From Candidatus Eiseniibacteriota bacterium (GTDB lineage: Bacteria > Eisenbacteria > RBG-16-71-46), in NCBI GenBank assembly GCA_041483195.1, contig JBGPFC010000002.1, positions 96,001-160,000 of the forward strand: a stretch of 64,000 nt of DNA. The letters are read 5' to 3'. The notes below the pieces were generated by a model that was not told where the DNA came from, did no database searches, and saw only the letters and a list, made by a program, of their open reading frames with translations. How positions within the stretch are numbered: the stretch's first letter is position 1; the number at the start of each line of letters is the position of its first letter. The position numbers and the translations under genes are program-made. Shown piece by piece: positions 46,688 through 56,747 of this stretch.

Positions 46688-48619
46688 ATGAGACCGAAGC
46701 CGCACGCGCCGGCCCACGAGCCCGGAGCCTCGGGCACGAGGGCCGCGCCGTCGCCGCCCGCGATCGTCTCGCGCAGCGGGCTCGCGGCCGCCTCGAACCC
46801 GGCTGACGTGTCGGAAGCACCCGTGGGTCTCGCCCGGGCCGGATCGGTGGGGGTCGCCGGCGACGCTCCGGCGCTCGCGTTCGGAAGCGGGGCGGATGCG
46901 CCCGGTACCCTGCCCGAGACGGAAATCGAAACGCGGGCGCGCGTGCTGGTGGTGGACGATGAGCCATCGGTCGTCGACGTGCTTCGCGAATTTCTCTCGG
47001 GTGAGGGTTACGAAGTCTCCGTGGCCTCGAGCGGGGAAGAGGCGCTCCGGCTGATTCCGGAGCTGCGGCCGGACATCATCCTGACCGACATCAATCTGCC
47101 TGGACTGTCGGGACTCGAGGTCATGCGCTTCGCGAAGAGCGTCGATCCCGAGGTCGCGGTGATCGTGGTGACCGGCTACGCGTCCGCTTCCACCGCCATC
47201 GATGCGCTCCGTCAAGGCGCGTACGACTACGTCACCAAGCCATTCGATCTCGACGACGTCCATCAAATCGTCGAGCGCGGCGTCGCGAACCGGCGCCTGA
47301 AGGCCATCAATCGCCGCCTGGTCGAGGAGCTGAGGCAGAAGAACGCGATCCTCCAGCGCCACGAACAGGAGCTGCGCGAACGCGTTCGGCTCGCGACCTG
47401 GCAGATGACCACCCTCTACGAGGTCGGCAAGGAAGTCGGCGCCAACCTCGAGCTCGCCCCGCGTCTCGCCCTCATCTGTTCCAAGGCCGCGGAATTGTCC
47501 GGCGCGCCGTCGGCGCTCGTCTACTTGAGAAATACCGAGACCGAGCGCCTTCACGTGGACGCGGCCCACGGGGTCGAGATCACGGACAGCGAGGATACCC
47601 TTCCGCACTATCTGCAGGCCGAGAGCGCGCTCGGCATCAGCGCTTCGGATCCGCGCCCGGCCCGTCGCGCGGTCGGCGACGGGGAGCCGGCGATGGAGTT
47701 GCCGTCTCTGGCCGGCCACCCGGTGCGCAACATGCTGGCGGTGCCGATGATCGCCGAGTCGCAGACCCTGGGCGTGCTGGTCCTGATGAACAAGCCGGGC
47801 GGATTCAGCGACGACGACGAGAGTTTCCTCGCCCAGTACGCCTCACAGGTCGCGATCGCCGTGCACAACTCGCAGTTGTTCGAACACACGAAGAGCCTCG
47901 ACCGCCTCAAGTCCGAATTCGTGGCGGTGGTGTCCCACGAGATCCGCACCCCCCTGACCTCGGTCAAGGGCGCCGTGGAATTGCTCGCGGACGATCGGTA
48001 CTTTCCCAACACCGAGCAGCAGACGAAGCTCCTCACCATCGCGCACGCGAATGCGGAGCGGCTGCTGGTGCTCATCAACGACATCCTGGATTTCTCGAAG
48101 CTCGAATCGGCGTCGCTGCCGATGAGCATCCAGCGCCAGCGCATCGAGCCGGTCGTCCATCAGGCGGCGCACAACCTGCGCACCATGATGGAGGAGCGCC
48201 GCATTCATCTCGAGGTGCTGCTCTCGCCCGAGATGCCCGATCTCATGCTCGACGCGAATCGAGTCGCGCAGGTCCTGACCAATCTGCTCTCGAACGCCAC
48301 CAAGTTTTCCCAGTCCGGCGGGCGCATCGAGATCACCGCGGAGCCCTGGGAGGGCGTCGTGCGGGTCGGCGTGCGCGATCACGGCGAGGGCATCGCGCCT
48401 CAGGATCTTCCGAAGCTGTTCCGCAAGTTCTCGCAGGTGGACTCTTCGGCGACGCGCAAGGCGGGTGGGACGGGACTCGGCCTGGTCATCTGCAAGGGCA
48501 TCGTCGAGCAGCACGGCGGAAAGATCTGGGTGGAGAGCACCCCGGGGCAGGGCAGCACGTTCTACTTCACGCTGCCGCTCGCCGAGCGACTCGCCGCCCC
48601 CGCGATCCCGCAGGCCTGA
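46688..48619 (+). CDS. Hybrid histidine kinase REC-GAF-HisKA-HATPase
   Basis: 'VLVVDDE...TDINLPG...KPF', 'VSHEIRTPLT', 'NLLSNATKF', 'DHGEGI', 'GTGLGL'; start uncertain (46688 or 46808). Confidence 0.93.
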   Translation: MRPKPHAPAHEPGASGTRAAPSPPAIVSRSGLAAASNPADVSEAPVGLARAGSVGVAGDAPALAFGSGADAPGTLPETEIETRARVLVVDDEPSVVDVLREFLSGEGYEVSVASSGEEALRLIPELRPDIILTDINLPGLSGLEVMRFAKSVDPEVAVIVVTGYASASTAIDALRQGAYDYVTKPFDLDDVHQIVERGVANRRLKAINRRLVEELRQKNAILQRHEQELRERVRLATWQMTTLYEVGKEVGANLELAPRLALICSKAAELSGAPSALVYLRNTETERLHVDAAHGVEITDSEDTLPHYLQAESALGISASDPRPARRAVGDGEPAMELPSLAGHPVRNMLAVPMIAESQTLGVLVLMNKPGGFSDDDESFLAQYASQVAIAVHNSQLFEHTKSLDRLKSEFVAVVSHEIRTPLTSVKGAVELLADDRYFPNTEQQTKLLTIAHANAERLLVLINDILDFSKLESASLPMSIQRQRIEPVVHQAAHNLRTMMEERRIHLEVLLSPEMPDLMLDANRVAQVLTNLLSNATKFSQSGGRIEITAEPWEGVVRVGVRDHGEGIAPQDLPKLFRKFSQVDSSATRKAGGTGLGLVICKGIVEQHGGKIWVESTPGQGSTFYFTLPLAERLAAPAIPQA

Positions 48620-48735
48620 TCCGGGCCTCGGACCGGTCGCCGGCGACAATGCGCTTGACCGCGACGCGGCGCGCTCGTTAAGTTGCGCGCGCCGGTCCGG
48701 ACGGGCCGGCCGGTTCAAACCCATCACGACCTCGG

Positions 48736-50517
48736 ATGAGCGCCACGGACGACGCTTCTCGTTCATTGCCTGCCGGGCCCGCCGCGCCCCGTCGCACCGC
48801 GGCGACCGCGATCGCGCTCGCCGCGATCGTCGCCGGCGCGGCGCTGGCGCTGGCATTCGGCCCTCGCGTCACCCCGATCCGGCTTCTGAGTCACGAAGCG
48901 AGCGCCGCGTGGCGCGGTCCCGCCCCGGATCCCGAATCGTGGGCGCCCGGCGCACCGCCGGGCGTGACGGTGAAGCTGGTGGAACATGGGGGCCGTAGCG
49001 ATCTCGTCGTACGCGCTCCCGATCCCGGGACCGCCGTCTCGCTCGCCCGCACGCTGGTCTCCGAGCGCGCCAGCGGCCGGGCCGAATGGTCGCGCCGGCG
49101 CTCCGCGCTGCGCGTCGCGTGGCGCGAACGGATCCCGATCGGCCCGCTGCCGGTCCCTTCCGCGCGCGGCGATTGCGCGGCCCTCCTGCGAGGCTGGGCC
49201 GAGGCCTGGCGTGGAGTCGCGGGCGACGATCCCACTCGCTTCGCGCCCGCGACCGAGCCCGCGCGCGGCGAGGCGTTGCGACTGGACGAGGCCGATGCGG
49301 CGCGCGAAGCGGTCGCGGGCGATCCGGCCGCGCTCGAGCGGGCCCTGGTGCGCTCGGCGGACCTCGATCGCGAGCAGCTGCGGGACGCGGTCCGAGGCTG
49401 GGATGCTGGCGCCTTCGACGAGATCGTGGCGAGGTGGAGAAACGCGAACCGCCGCCGAGCCGAGGATCTCGAATCCATCGCGGTCGCGATCGAAAGCGAC
49501 CTCGATGAAGCTTCGATCGAGAACGTTCGCTTCGCCGTCCCCGGCCACGCGCTCGATGCCGAGCGCAGAATTTCCGATCCGTCGACACTGCTGCAGGCCA
49601 TCGCGCAGGTTCCGGCCACGATTCGCACCCGGCCCCGGTTCGAAGCGTGGCTCGCACTCGCCGCGGTCGGAGCGCTGCTCGGATTTCTCCTCGCCTGGCC
49701 GCTGGTATGGCGGCTCTCCCGGCACCACGAACCGCCCGCGCGCCAACCCGCCGCGCCGCGCTCACCCGCGCAAACCGATACCTGGCTGCACATCCTCAGC
49801 GGCCCGTCCACCCGTCGCACGGGCCAGGCGGCGCTCGTCCTGTCGAGCGGCTTCCTCGAGCGGGGCAAGTCGGTCCTGATCATCGACGGTGCTCCTCGCT
49901 CGCCGCTCCATCGCTGCTTCGATTGCGAGAACCGGCTGGGGCTCGACGAGTGTCTGGCGGGACGGATGCCCCTGCTCGGCGTGCTCCAGAGCAGCGGCGT
50001 TCCGGGGCTCTTCTTCCTGTCGCACGGTGGGGGCGTGCGGGCCACGCACTGGACCCAGCTTGATCGACTGCTCGAGGAGGCCCGGCCACACTTTGGCCAC
50101 GTCATCCTCTCGCTCGATCCTTCCTGTCCCCGCGAGATCGGCAGCACGCTCGCGGGCCGGGTCATGGACGGCTGGTGGACGGGCGGCCCGGGGCCCCGGG
50201 GCGGCGCCGCATCGAGGGTCGAAGCGCGGATCGGGATCGCGTTGAGCGACATCGAGTTGCCGCAGCCCGAGGAGACTTCGCTGGAAGCGCTCCGAGCGCG
50301 GTTCGTGGCGACCACTCCGCTCGGGCCCTCATCCGAGATCCCCTCGGAGCCCGGCCCCGAGATCCTCGCCCCGCGGGACGGGCCTCCGGTGCACAGCGCG
50401 CCCGTGGTGCTGGACTGCGACTTGCAGGTTCGTGAGCGGCTCCGGTTCCTGGTCTGGATGCGACGCGTCCAGGCCGAAGGCCGGGGCGGGATCCTCGAGC
50501 CGCTCGTGCGCGGCTGA
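48736..50517 (+). CDS. Membrane protein with Wzc/CpsD-like architecture and degenerate P-loop
   Basis: Two TMs flanking a helical domain; 'GKSVLIIDG..RSPLH..F....LGL...LAG...GVPGLFFL' resembles a BY-kinase fold but lacks Walker A. Confidence 0.5.
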   Translation: MSATDDASRSLPAGPAAPRRTAATAIALAAIVAGAALALAFGPRVTPIRLLSHEASAAWRGPAPDPESWAPGAPPGVTVKLVEHGGRSDLVVRAPDPGTAVSLARTLVSERASGRAEWSRRRSALRVAWRERIPIGPLPVPSARGDCAALLRGWAEAWRGVAGDDPTRFAPATEPARGEALRLDEADAAREAVAGDPAALERALVRSADLDREQLRDAVRGWDAGAFDEIVARWRNANRRRAEDLESIAVAIESDLDEASIENVRFAVPGHALDAERRISDPSTLLQAIAQVPATIRTRPRFEAWLALAAVGALLGFLLAWPLVWRLSRHHEPPARQPAAPRSPAQTDTWLHILSGPSTRRTGQAALVLSSGFLERGKSVLIIDGAPRSPLHRCFDCENRLGLDECLAGRMPLLGVLQSSGVPGLFFLSHGGGVRATHWTQLDRLLEEARPHFGHVILSLDPSCPREIGSTLAGRVMDGWWTGGPGPRGGAASRVEARIGIALSDIELPQPEETSLEALRARFVATTPLGPSSEIPSEPGPEILAPRDGPPVHSAPVVLDCDLQVRERLRFLVWMRRVQAEGRGGILEPLVRG

Positions 50518-50665
50518 GGCACGTCGTCCAACCATTCCGGTTCCCGGGCATGCTTCGCGCGCGGCGGACCGATCGCCGGGCCCCGTGGCTGCGCCAGATG
50601 AGCGCGCCGCGCGCGGCGATCGCTCTACCCGCGCGGCGGCGCGCCCACCTGCCGGGTGAGGCCGG

Positions 50666-51700
50666 GTGCGAGTGACGAATCCGGATGTACTCCTCATCGA
50701 GTGCCTCGACGCAGCGGGCTCGTCTCCCGACGACGCGCGCGCGCGACTCGCCGCGCTCGATGCCTGCGGGATCAGTTCACGCGCGGTGGTCGTCCATCCG
50801 GGAGACGGGTCAGCCTTCGCCCCGCCCGACGGGCGGAGCGAAGGGCGAATCGTGTCGCTGCCCGGCGGTGCCTCCGCTCCGCGTGCGCTGCGCGCGGAGT
50901 ACGCGCGCGCTCCCGCGGCCCTCACCGTGATCGCCTCCGCGGCAAGCGGCGGGGGATTCGTCGCGAGGTCAATGCCCGATGGCGCGGACCTCTGCTGGTG
51001 GCCGAGCGCGGTGGAGGCAGGGCGCGGGTCCGCGTCATCGGGCGCCTCGCGCGCGCTCCCGAGGCTGCCACTCGATCCGCTCGATGCCGCGGTCATCGAC
51101 CCGCCGCGCGGGGCGCGGGCGCGCCTTCCGCTCTGGGACGGGGACTATCTCCTCGTGCCGGTACCGCTCGCGGGCGAAGCAGGTCGCGAAACGATCGAGG
51201 CTTTCGCCGCGGTGGCCGCCCGGTGGAGCGCGATGGATCTCGTCGTCTTGTCCGACCCCCAGGACCAATACGAGCGCGTCGCGCGCCGGCTCGGGGTGGG
51301 CATGCGGGTCCATTTCGCGGGTCGCGCTCCGCGCGACGCCGAGGTCCCGTGGCTCTCGTGCGCTTCCGCGATCGTGCTCGCGAGCGATGGTCCGATTGCC
51401 GCGGGCCTCGTGCTGCGGGCGCTCGCCTGCGGCTCGCCGGTGCTGCCCGCCGGGGCCGGGGCGGCGGGGGTGGGCATCCGCCACTGGCTCGCGGCTCACG
51501 GGTGCGCATGCGCTCCGCTCGCGGCCGGAACGCGGGCACTGTCGCTCGCGATCGAGCGCGTGCTCGAACGCGGGAGGGACGTGGTCGCGGCGATCGAGCA
51601 CGGTCGAGCGGAGTCGGAGCGACGACGTCCCGCGCCATTCGCGACCCGCCTGAGCCCGCTGCTCGCCGACCGCCGCCTGCGCTCACGGCGCGCCGCGTGA
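50666..51700 (+). CDS. Divergent GT-B glycosyltransferase-like protein
   Basis: 'ARRLGVGMRVHFAG', 'VLRALACGSPVL' resembles GT4 'lEAma.G.PV' with Glu lost. Confidence 0.45.
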   Translation: MRVTNPDVLLIECLDAAGSSPDDARARLAALDACGISSRAVVVHPGDGSAFAPPDGRSEGRIVSLPGGASAPRALRAEYARAPAALTVIASAASGGGFVARSMPDGADLCWWPSAVEAGRGSASSGASRALPRLPLDPLDAAVIDPPRGARARLPLWDGDYLLVPVPLAGEAGRETIEAFAAVAARWSAMDLVVLSDPQDQYERVARRLGVGMRVHFAGRAPRDAEVPWLSCASAIVLASDGPIAAGLVLRALACGSPVLPAGAGAAGVGIRHWLAAHGCACAPLAAGTRALSLAIERVLERGRDVVAAIEHGRAESERRRPAPFATRLSPLLADRRLRSRRAA

Positions 51701-51830
51701 GCTCGCGCGCCGCCGGTCGCAGGTCGCGCGAGCGGGGCGCGCGTGCCGCCTCTTGCGTGGCCCGCTTGCGGAGGCTACCGTGCCGCGGCCCGACGCGGCT
51801 CGCGAGACCCGAACGGGCAGGGAGGCCACC

Positions 51831-52757
51831 GTGCGGGTGCTGGTGACAGGCGGTGCGGGTTTCATCGGTTCGAACGTCGCCGACCGTTTCGTGGCGCTCG
51901 GCCACGACGTCGCGGTGCTCGACAACCTCTCGACCGGGAAGCGCGAATTCGTCCCCAGGGCCGCGCGATTCTTCGAGGCCGACCTCACCGACGCGGAGGC
52001 GGTGGAGAGCTGCGTCGCGGCGTTTCGTCCCGAGATCGTCGACCATCACGCGGCGCAGATCGACGTGCGGCACTCGGTCGTGGACCCGATCCACGACGCC
52101 CGTGTCAACATCCTCGGCGCGCTCGCGCTGCTCATGGCGTGCACCCGCCACGGCGTGCGGAAGTTCGTCTACGCATCGACCGGTGGCGCGCTGTACGGCG
52201 AAGGCCGGACGCTGCCCGCGACCGAGGACCATCCGGTGAATCCGGAGGCGCCCTACGGGGCGAGCAAGCACGCGCTCGAGCACTATCTGTACCTGTGGAG
52301 GTCGCTGCACGGTCTGGACTACACGGTGCTGAGGTATCCGAACGTGTTCGGGCCGCGCCAGAATCCGCACGGCGAGGCGGGAGTCAACGCCATCTTCATC
52401 GGCCTGATGCTCGCGGGGAAACGCCCGCGCATTTTCGGGTCGGGCGAACAGCTGCGCGACTACCTGTACGTCGCGGACGTCGTCGAGGCGAACGTGCTCG
52501 CGCTCTCGCGTGGCGGCGGCGAGATGCTGAACCTCGGCACCGGGGTCGGCACCTCGGTCAACGAGATCTTCCGCGAGCTCAAGTCCATCCTCGGCTTCGA
52601 GGGCGACCCGATCTACGAAGCGCCTCGCCCGGGCGAGGTGCAGCGCATCTACCTCGACGCCTCGCGAGCGCGCGAGGTGCTGGGATGGGCGCCGGTCGTC
52701 GGCTTTCGCGACGGCTTGATCCGGACCGTCGAGTGGTCGAGGTCGGTCGCCACCTGA
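51831..52757 (+). CDS. NAD-dependent epimerase/dehydratase (UDP-glucose 4-epimerase-like)
   Basis: SD GGAGG; 'VTGGAGFIGS', 'STGGALYG', 'PYGASK', 'NVFGPRQ'. Confidence 0.93.
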   Translation: MRVLVTGGAGFIGSNVADRFVALGHDVAVLDNLSTGKREFVPRAARFFEADLTDAEAVESCVAAFRPEIVDHHAAQIDVRHSVVDPIHDARVNILGALALLMACTRHGVRKFVYASTGGALYGEGRTLPATEDHPVNPEAPYGASKHALEHYLYLWRSLHGLDYTVLRYPNVFGPRQNPHGEAGVNAIFIGLMLAGKRPRIFGSGEQLRDYLYVADVVEANVLALSRGGGEMLNLGTGVGTSVNEIFRELKSILGFEGDPIYEAPRPGEVQRIYLDASRAREVLGWAPVVGFRDGLIRTVEWSRSVAT

Positions 52758-52779
52758 GCGGGGCCGCGTTGCCGCGCGT

Positions 52780-54807
52780 TCACCAGATCCGGGCGCGCAG
52801 GCTGTCGGGTCGCACCATCGTGTCCCCCGGCCGGCAGTGAAACGCGCCGGCGAACTCCTCGAGGTTCGAGAGCGGGCCGTTCACGCGCCAGTGATCGGGG
52901 GAATGCGAGTTGGTGAGGGCGAGCGTGCGCAGCATCTCGGGGCGCATGAGTCCCCGCCACACCTGGGCCCATCCCAGGAAGAAACGCTGCTCGGCGGTCC
53001 AGCCGTCGATCAGGGGCGGACGGGGCTTGCCCGCGAGCGACTTCTGAAATGCCGAGTAGGCGACAGCGACCCCTCCCAGATCGGCGATGTTCTCGCCCAG
53101 GGTGAGCCGGCCGTTGACGTGCAGCGTGTCCACCGCGACGTACCCGTCGAACTGGGCCGCGACCTTCGAGGCCCGCTCCTTGTAGCGTCCGGCGTCATCC
53201 GCCGTCCACCAGTCGCGCAGGTTGCCATCGCCATCGAACTGCCGGCCGCGATCGTCGAAGCCGTGCGTCATCTCGTGTCCGATCACCGCTCCGATCGCCC
53301 CGTAGTTCACAGCGTCGTCGGCCTCCGGGTCGTAGAACGGGGGTTGCAGGATCCCGGCCGGAAAGTTGATGGTGTTGAGCGACGAGCTGTAGTACGCGTT
53401 GACGGTCGGCGGCGTCATGGCCCATTCGCCCCGATCCACGGGCTTGCCGATCTTCGCGATCTGGCGGCGCGTCTCGAACGCGTGGGCGTTCGAGTGATTC
53501 TCGAGAACGCTCGCGCGGCCCACCGCGAGCGTCGAGTAGTCCCGCCAGCGGTCCGGATACCCGATCTTCTCGCCGAACGCCGCGAGCTTGGCGACCGCCC
53601 GCGGGCGCGTCGCATCGCTCATCCAGTCGAGTCCATCGATGCGTTCGTGCAGCGCCGCCTCGAGGTTCTTCACCATTGCGAGCGCGCGCGCCTTGGCCGC
53701 CGGGGAGAAGCGCTCGGCCACGTACTCGCGACCCAGCGCCTCGCCGAGATCCTGGTCGGTGAGCTGCACGCAGCGCTTCCAGCGCGGCGCCAGCTCCTTC
53801 GCGCCCGAGAGGCGCCGCGAGAAGCTGAAGTCCTCGGCGACGAACGCCGACGAGAGCAGCGGCGCAGCATCGTCCACGACCTTCCAGCGCAGGTAGGCTT
53901 GCCAGTCCGCGAGCGGCACCGCGGCGATCAGGCTGTCGAGCGCGTGAAAGAAGAGGGGCTGCAGCACGTTCACAGAGTCGATGGCGCCCGCCCCGCGACG
54001 GCTCAGGTAGTCCCGCCATTCGAAGCGTGGCGCGATCCCCGCGAGCGAGTCGAGCGGCATCTTGTGATAGGTCGCGTTGGGATCGCGGCGCTGGACGTTG
54101 GTCATCGAGGCCCTCGCCAGCGCGGTCTCGAGCGCCATGACGCGCGCGGCCTCCGCGCGGGCCGCGACCTCAGGCCGCCCGATCAGCACGAACGTGCGCG
54201 CGATGTGCTCGGCGTAGTCGGCGCGAGTCGCCTTCGATGCGGAGTCTTCCTTCGTGTAGTAGTCGCGGTCCGGAAGCCCGAGCCCGCCCTGCGACGCGTT
54301 CGCGATCACCAGCGTGCTGTGCTTCGGATCCTGCGCCGCCGCGAAGGCGAACGTCGACCGCACGCCGTGGGCGTGGAGCCACGCCGTCTCGCGCCCGATG
54401 TCCGCGGGGGACGTCATGCCGTCCACGGCGAGCAGCAGGGGCTCGAGCGGCTTCACTCCCGCGCGCTCGGCCGCCGCCGAATCCATGCACGTGCCATAGA
54501 ACGCCGCGAGCTTCCCGGGCTCGGTGGCGGGCTGGGGCCCTGGCGCGCGCGCGAGGCGCTCGAGGATCGAGTGCAGCACCTTCTGATTGCGGTCGAAAAG
54601 CTCTTCGAACGCTCCGTAGGCCGAGCGGTCGGAGGGGATGGTGTGGGAGTCCATCCAGCCGCCATTCGCGAACCGATCGAAGTCGCGGCAGGGTGCGCAG
54701 GTCGTGTCGAAATTCGCCGGATCGATCGCCCGGGCCGCGTTCGCGGAAGGGGCGGGTGCGGCGAGAGCGATCAGGATCAACGGCGCGAACGGGGAGACGG
54801 AGCGCAT
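52780..54807 (-). CDS. Secreted M13 (PepO/neprilysin) metallopeptidase
   Basis: Signal peptide; 'VNAYY', 'HEMTHGFD', 'ENIAD'. Confidence 0.95.
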   Translation of the reverse strand: MRSVSPFAPLILIALAAPAPSANAARAIDPANFDTTCAPCRDFDRFANGGWMDSHTIPSDRSAYGAFEELFDRNQKVLHSILERLARAPGPQPATEPGKLAAFYGTCMDSAAAERAGVKPLEPLLLAVDGMTSPADIGRETAWLHAHGVRSTFAFAAAQDPKHSTLVIANASQGGLGLPDRDYYTKEDSASKATRADYAEHIARTFVLIGRPEVAARAEAARVMALETALARASMTNVQRRDPNATYHKMPLDSLAGIAPRFEWRDYLSRRGAGAIDSVNVLQPLFFHALDSLIAAVPLADWQAYLRWKVVDDAAPLLSSAFVAEDFSFSRRLSGAKELAPRWKRCVQLTDQDLGEALGREYVAERFSPAAKARALAMVKNLEAALHERIDGLDWMSDATRPRAVAKLAAFGEKIGYPDRWRDYSTLAVGRASVLENHSNAHAFETRRQIAKIGKPVDRGEWAMTPPTVNAYYSSSLNTINFPAGILQPPFYDPEADDAVNYGAIGAVIGHEMTHGFDDRGRQFDGDGNLRDWWTADDAGRYKERASKVAAQFDGYVAVDTLHVNGRLTLGENIADLGGVAVAYSAFQKSLAGKPRPPLIDGWTAEQRFFLGWAQVWRGLMRPEMLRTLALTNSHSPDHWRVNGPLSNLEEFAGAFHCRPGDTMVRPDSLRARIW

Positions 54808-54937
54808 GGGAGGGATGTCCTTTGATGAGAAGGGTGGTCGTGGTTCCGCTGCGTTTGGCGCGGTGAGGCTCCGCCCGCACCCGGCGGAATGCAACCGCGC
54901 CGGCACCGGCGCGGGAATCCGGACGACGCGCGTGCCG

Positions 54938-56527
54938 CTATCGCATGAGCCGGACCTCCAGCGATCCGTTCGGCCCGTGATCGTGCACGGCCCGCACGTG
55001 AGCAGCGTTCTCGATCCAGCGGTAGCCTCCGCTCAGCGTGAGGTCCACGCCGCTCGCAGGCCAGCAGCGCAGACCGAGAGCGCCATCGCGGGTGCGCTCG
55101 ACCACGCCTTCGAACGAGAGCGACGGCACGCGCGGCGCGCCGGGGACGAACGGCTCCTCGAGGTTGTTCTCGCCCCGGTCGGTCTGGATCGCGTGGGCAG
55201 CGATCTGCCATGCCGGGCTCAGATCCCACGCGCCGCGCACGCGCACGCGTCGCGCGTCGGGCCCGGTCAGGAATCCGAGCGGCTGGCCCTGCGCCTCGTA
55301 CGCACGGCCGAAGTATGACGTGTAGACGAACCGGGAGACCCGCGTGTACTCGGTGCCCCAGCTCACGCGGGTACCGCCCACCAGGCCCGCGCCTTCCCAG
55401 CCGAGCTGCCAGGCGAGCTTGTTCGGGATCCTGCCGGTGCGCGCGTGCAGGTCGTCGATCAGGCACTCGCCGTAGACCCTCGTGCCGGGCCGCATCCGCC
55501 AGGCCGCGTCGCACGCGACCAACACGTTGTTGCGAAGCGCGGCGGTCGAGTCCCGCTCGTCCTGCACCTCGAGACGCTGCACCAGCACGTACGGGATGAC
55601 GCCCGCCAGATAGAGCGGCTGCCATCCCGGCGCGTGGTAGCGCGCCAGCTCGGTGACGCCGAGTCGCAGCGCGGAACACGCCTGCCATTCCAGCCGGTGC
55701 GCCGCGAGCTGCTCACCCGCCGCAGCCCCGAGCGTCGCGGAGAGGGCGGTCCAATCGAGCCGCAGCGCGTCGAGCCTGGCGTGCGTCGCGAGGCCGGTGA
55801 TCGCGGGCGAGGTGCGGGAGAGCGTGAGCGAGCTCTCCTCGCCTGGCCCCCAGTGCCAGCGGCCGCGTCCGAGCTGCGCGCCCCAGCGCTCGGAGGGTGA
55901 GGCGTATGCGATGTAGCTCTCCTCGGTGTGGACGATGAGATCCGAGCCCGGCACGATCGGGTCGGCGAAGGTGCGGGCGCCGTCCACCCGGCCGGCGACG
56001 AGGTGCGCGAAGGCGAGCCAGCGATCGAAGCTCGCGCCGATCCGCGCGTGCATGCCGGAGCCCGTGCCGAAACGCGACGCGTGCTCGTCGATCTCCCCGC
56101 GGCCCTCGATGCCGGCCGAAACTTCGAGCCGCGCGCCATCTCCTCCATCGCGCGCGATCAGTCGCGGCGTGGATCGCAGCCCGGCGGCCGGCGCGAAGCG
56201 CGGCATCGCGTCACGAGCGAGCGCGCGCTCGAGGCGGACGAGCGAGATGCGCTGAATGAGCGGCGGGTCGGGCGCCCCGGCCCCCGCGCCCTCGATCTCG
56301 AATCGGGTCAGCGGCCGGGAATGAAGATGGGGGAGGCGGACGCGATCGCCGAGCGGAGCGGGATCGAGCAGATCCAGGACCCGCAGCTCGGTTTCGAGCG
56401 GGTCTCCCACCGGGATGAATTCGAGCGGGGTGCACGAGGCCGGTCGCCCCGGCAGCGTAAGGCCCGCGGCGACGCAGAGCAGTATGGCCACCGGGCGGCG
56501 CGTCCGGCCGCAGAGACGGTCTCGCAT
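54938..56527 (-). CDS. Capsule-assembly Wzi-family outer-membrane protein
   Basis: Signal peptide; 'GRGRWHWGPG..SSLTLS', 'AAHRLEW', 'YGECLIDD', 'PLGF..GPD'. Confidence 0.7.
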   Translation of the reverse strand: MRDRLCGRTRRPVAILLCVAAGLTLPGRPASCTPLEFIPVGDPLETELRVLDLLDPAPLGDRVRLPHLHSRPLTRFEIEGAGAGAPDPPLIQRISLVRLERALARDAMPRFAPAAGLRSTPRLIARDGGDGARLEVSAGIEGRGEIDEHASRFGTGSGMHARIGASFDRWLAFAHLVAGRVDGARTFADPIVPGSDLIVHTEESYIAYASPSERWGAQLGRGRWHWGPGEESSLTLSRTSPAITGLATHARLDALRLDWTALSATLGAAAGEQLAAHRLEWQACSALRLGVTELARYHAPGWQPLYLAGVIPYVLVQRLEVQDERDSTAALRNNVLVACDAAWRMRPGTRVYGECLIDDLHARTGRIPNKLAWQLGWEGAGLVGGTRVSWGTEYTRVSRFVYTSYFGRAYEAQGQPLGFLTGPDARRVRVRGAWDLSPAWQIAAHAIQTDRGENNLEEPFVPGAPRVPSLSFEGVVERTRDGALGLRCWPASGVDLTLSGGYRWIENAAHVRAVHDHGPNGSLEVRLMR

Positions 56528-56747
56528 CGCGGGGCATGCTAGCAGTCCGGCCGGAGCGCGGCCACTTCGCGAGCGGCCCAGGTGGATCCGAGGCGAAGCC
56601 GTCCACTCTCACGCCGCTCGCGCTTCGATGCGGGCGCGTGGGACGCGCGTTTGAGCGAGTCTCGCGCCCTGTGCTACGGTCCGCCGCTCGATTCCATCTG
56701 GGCCCGCATCGCCCCGCGGGCCGCCGCCCCTCGTCCGAGGAGGTCGT

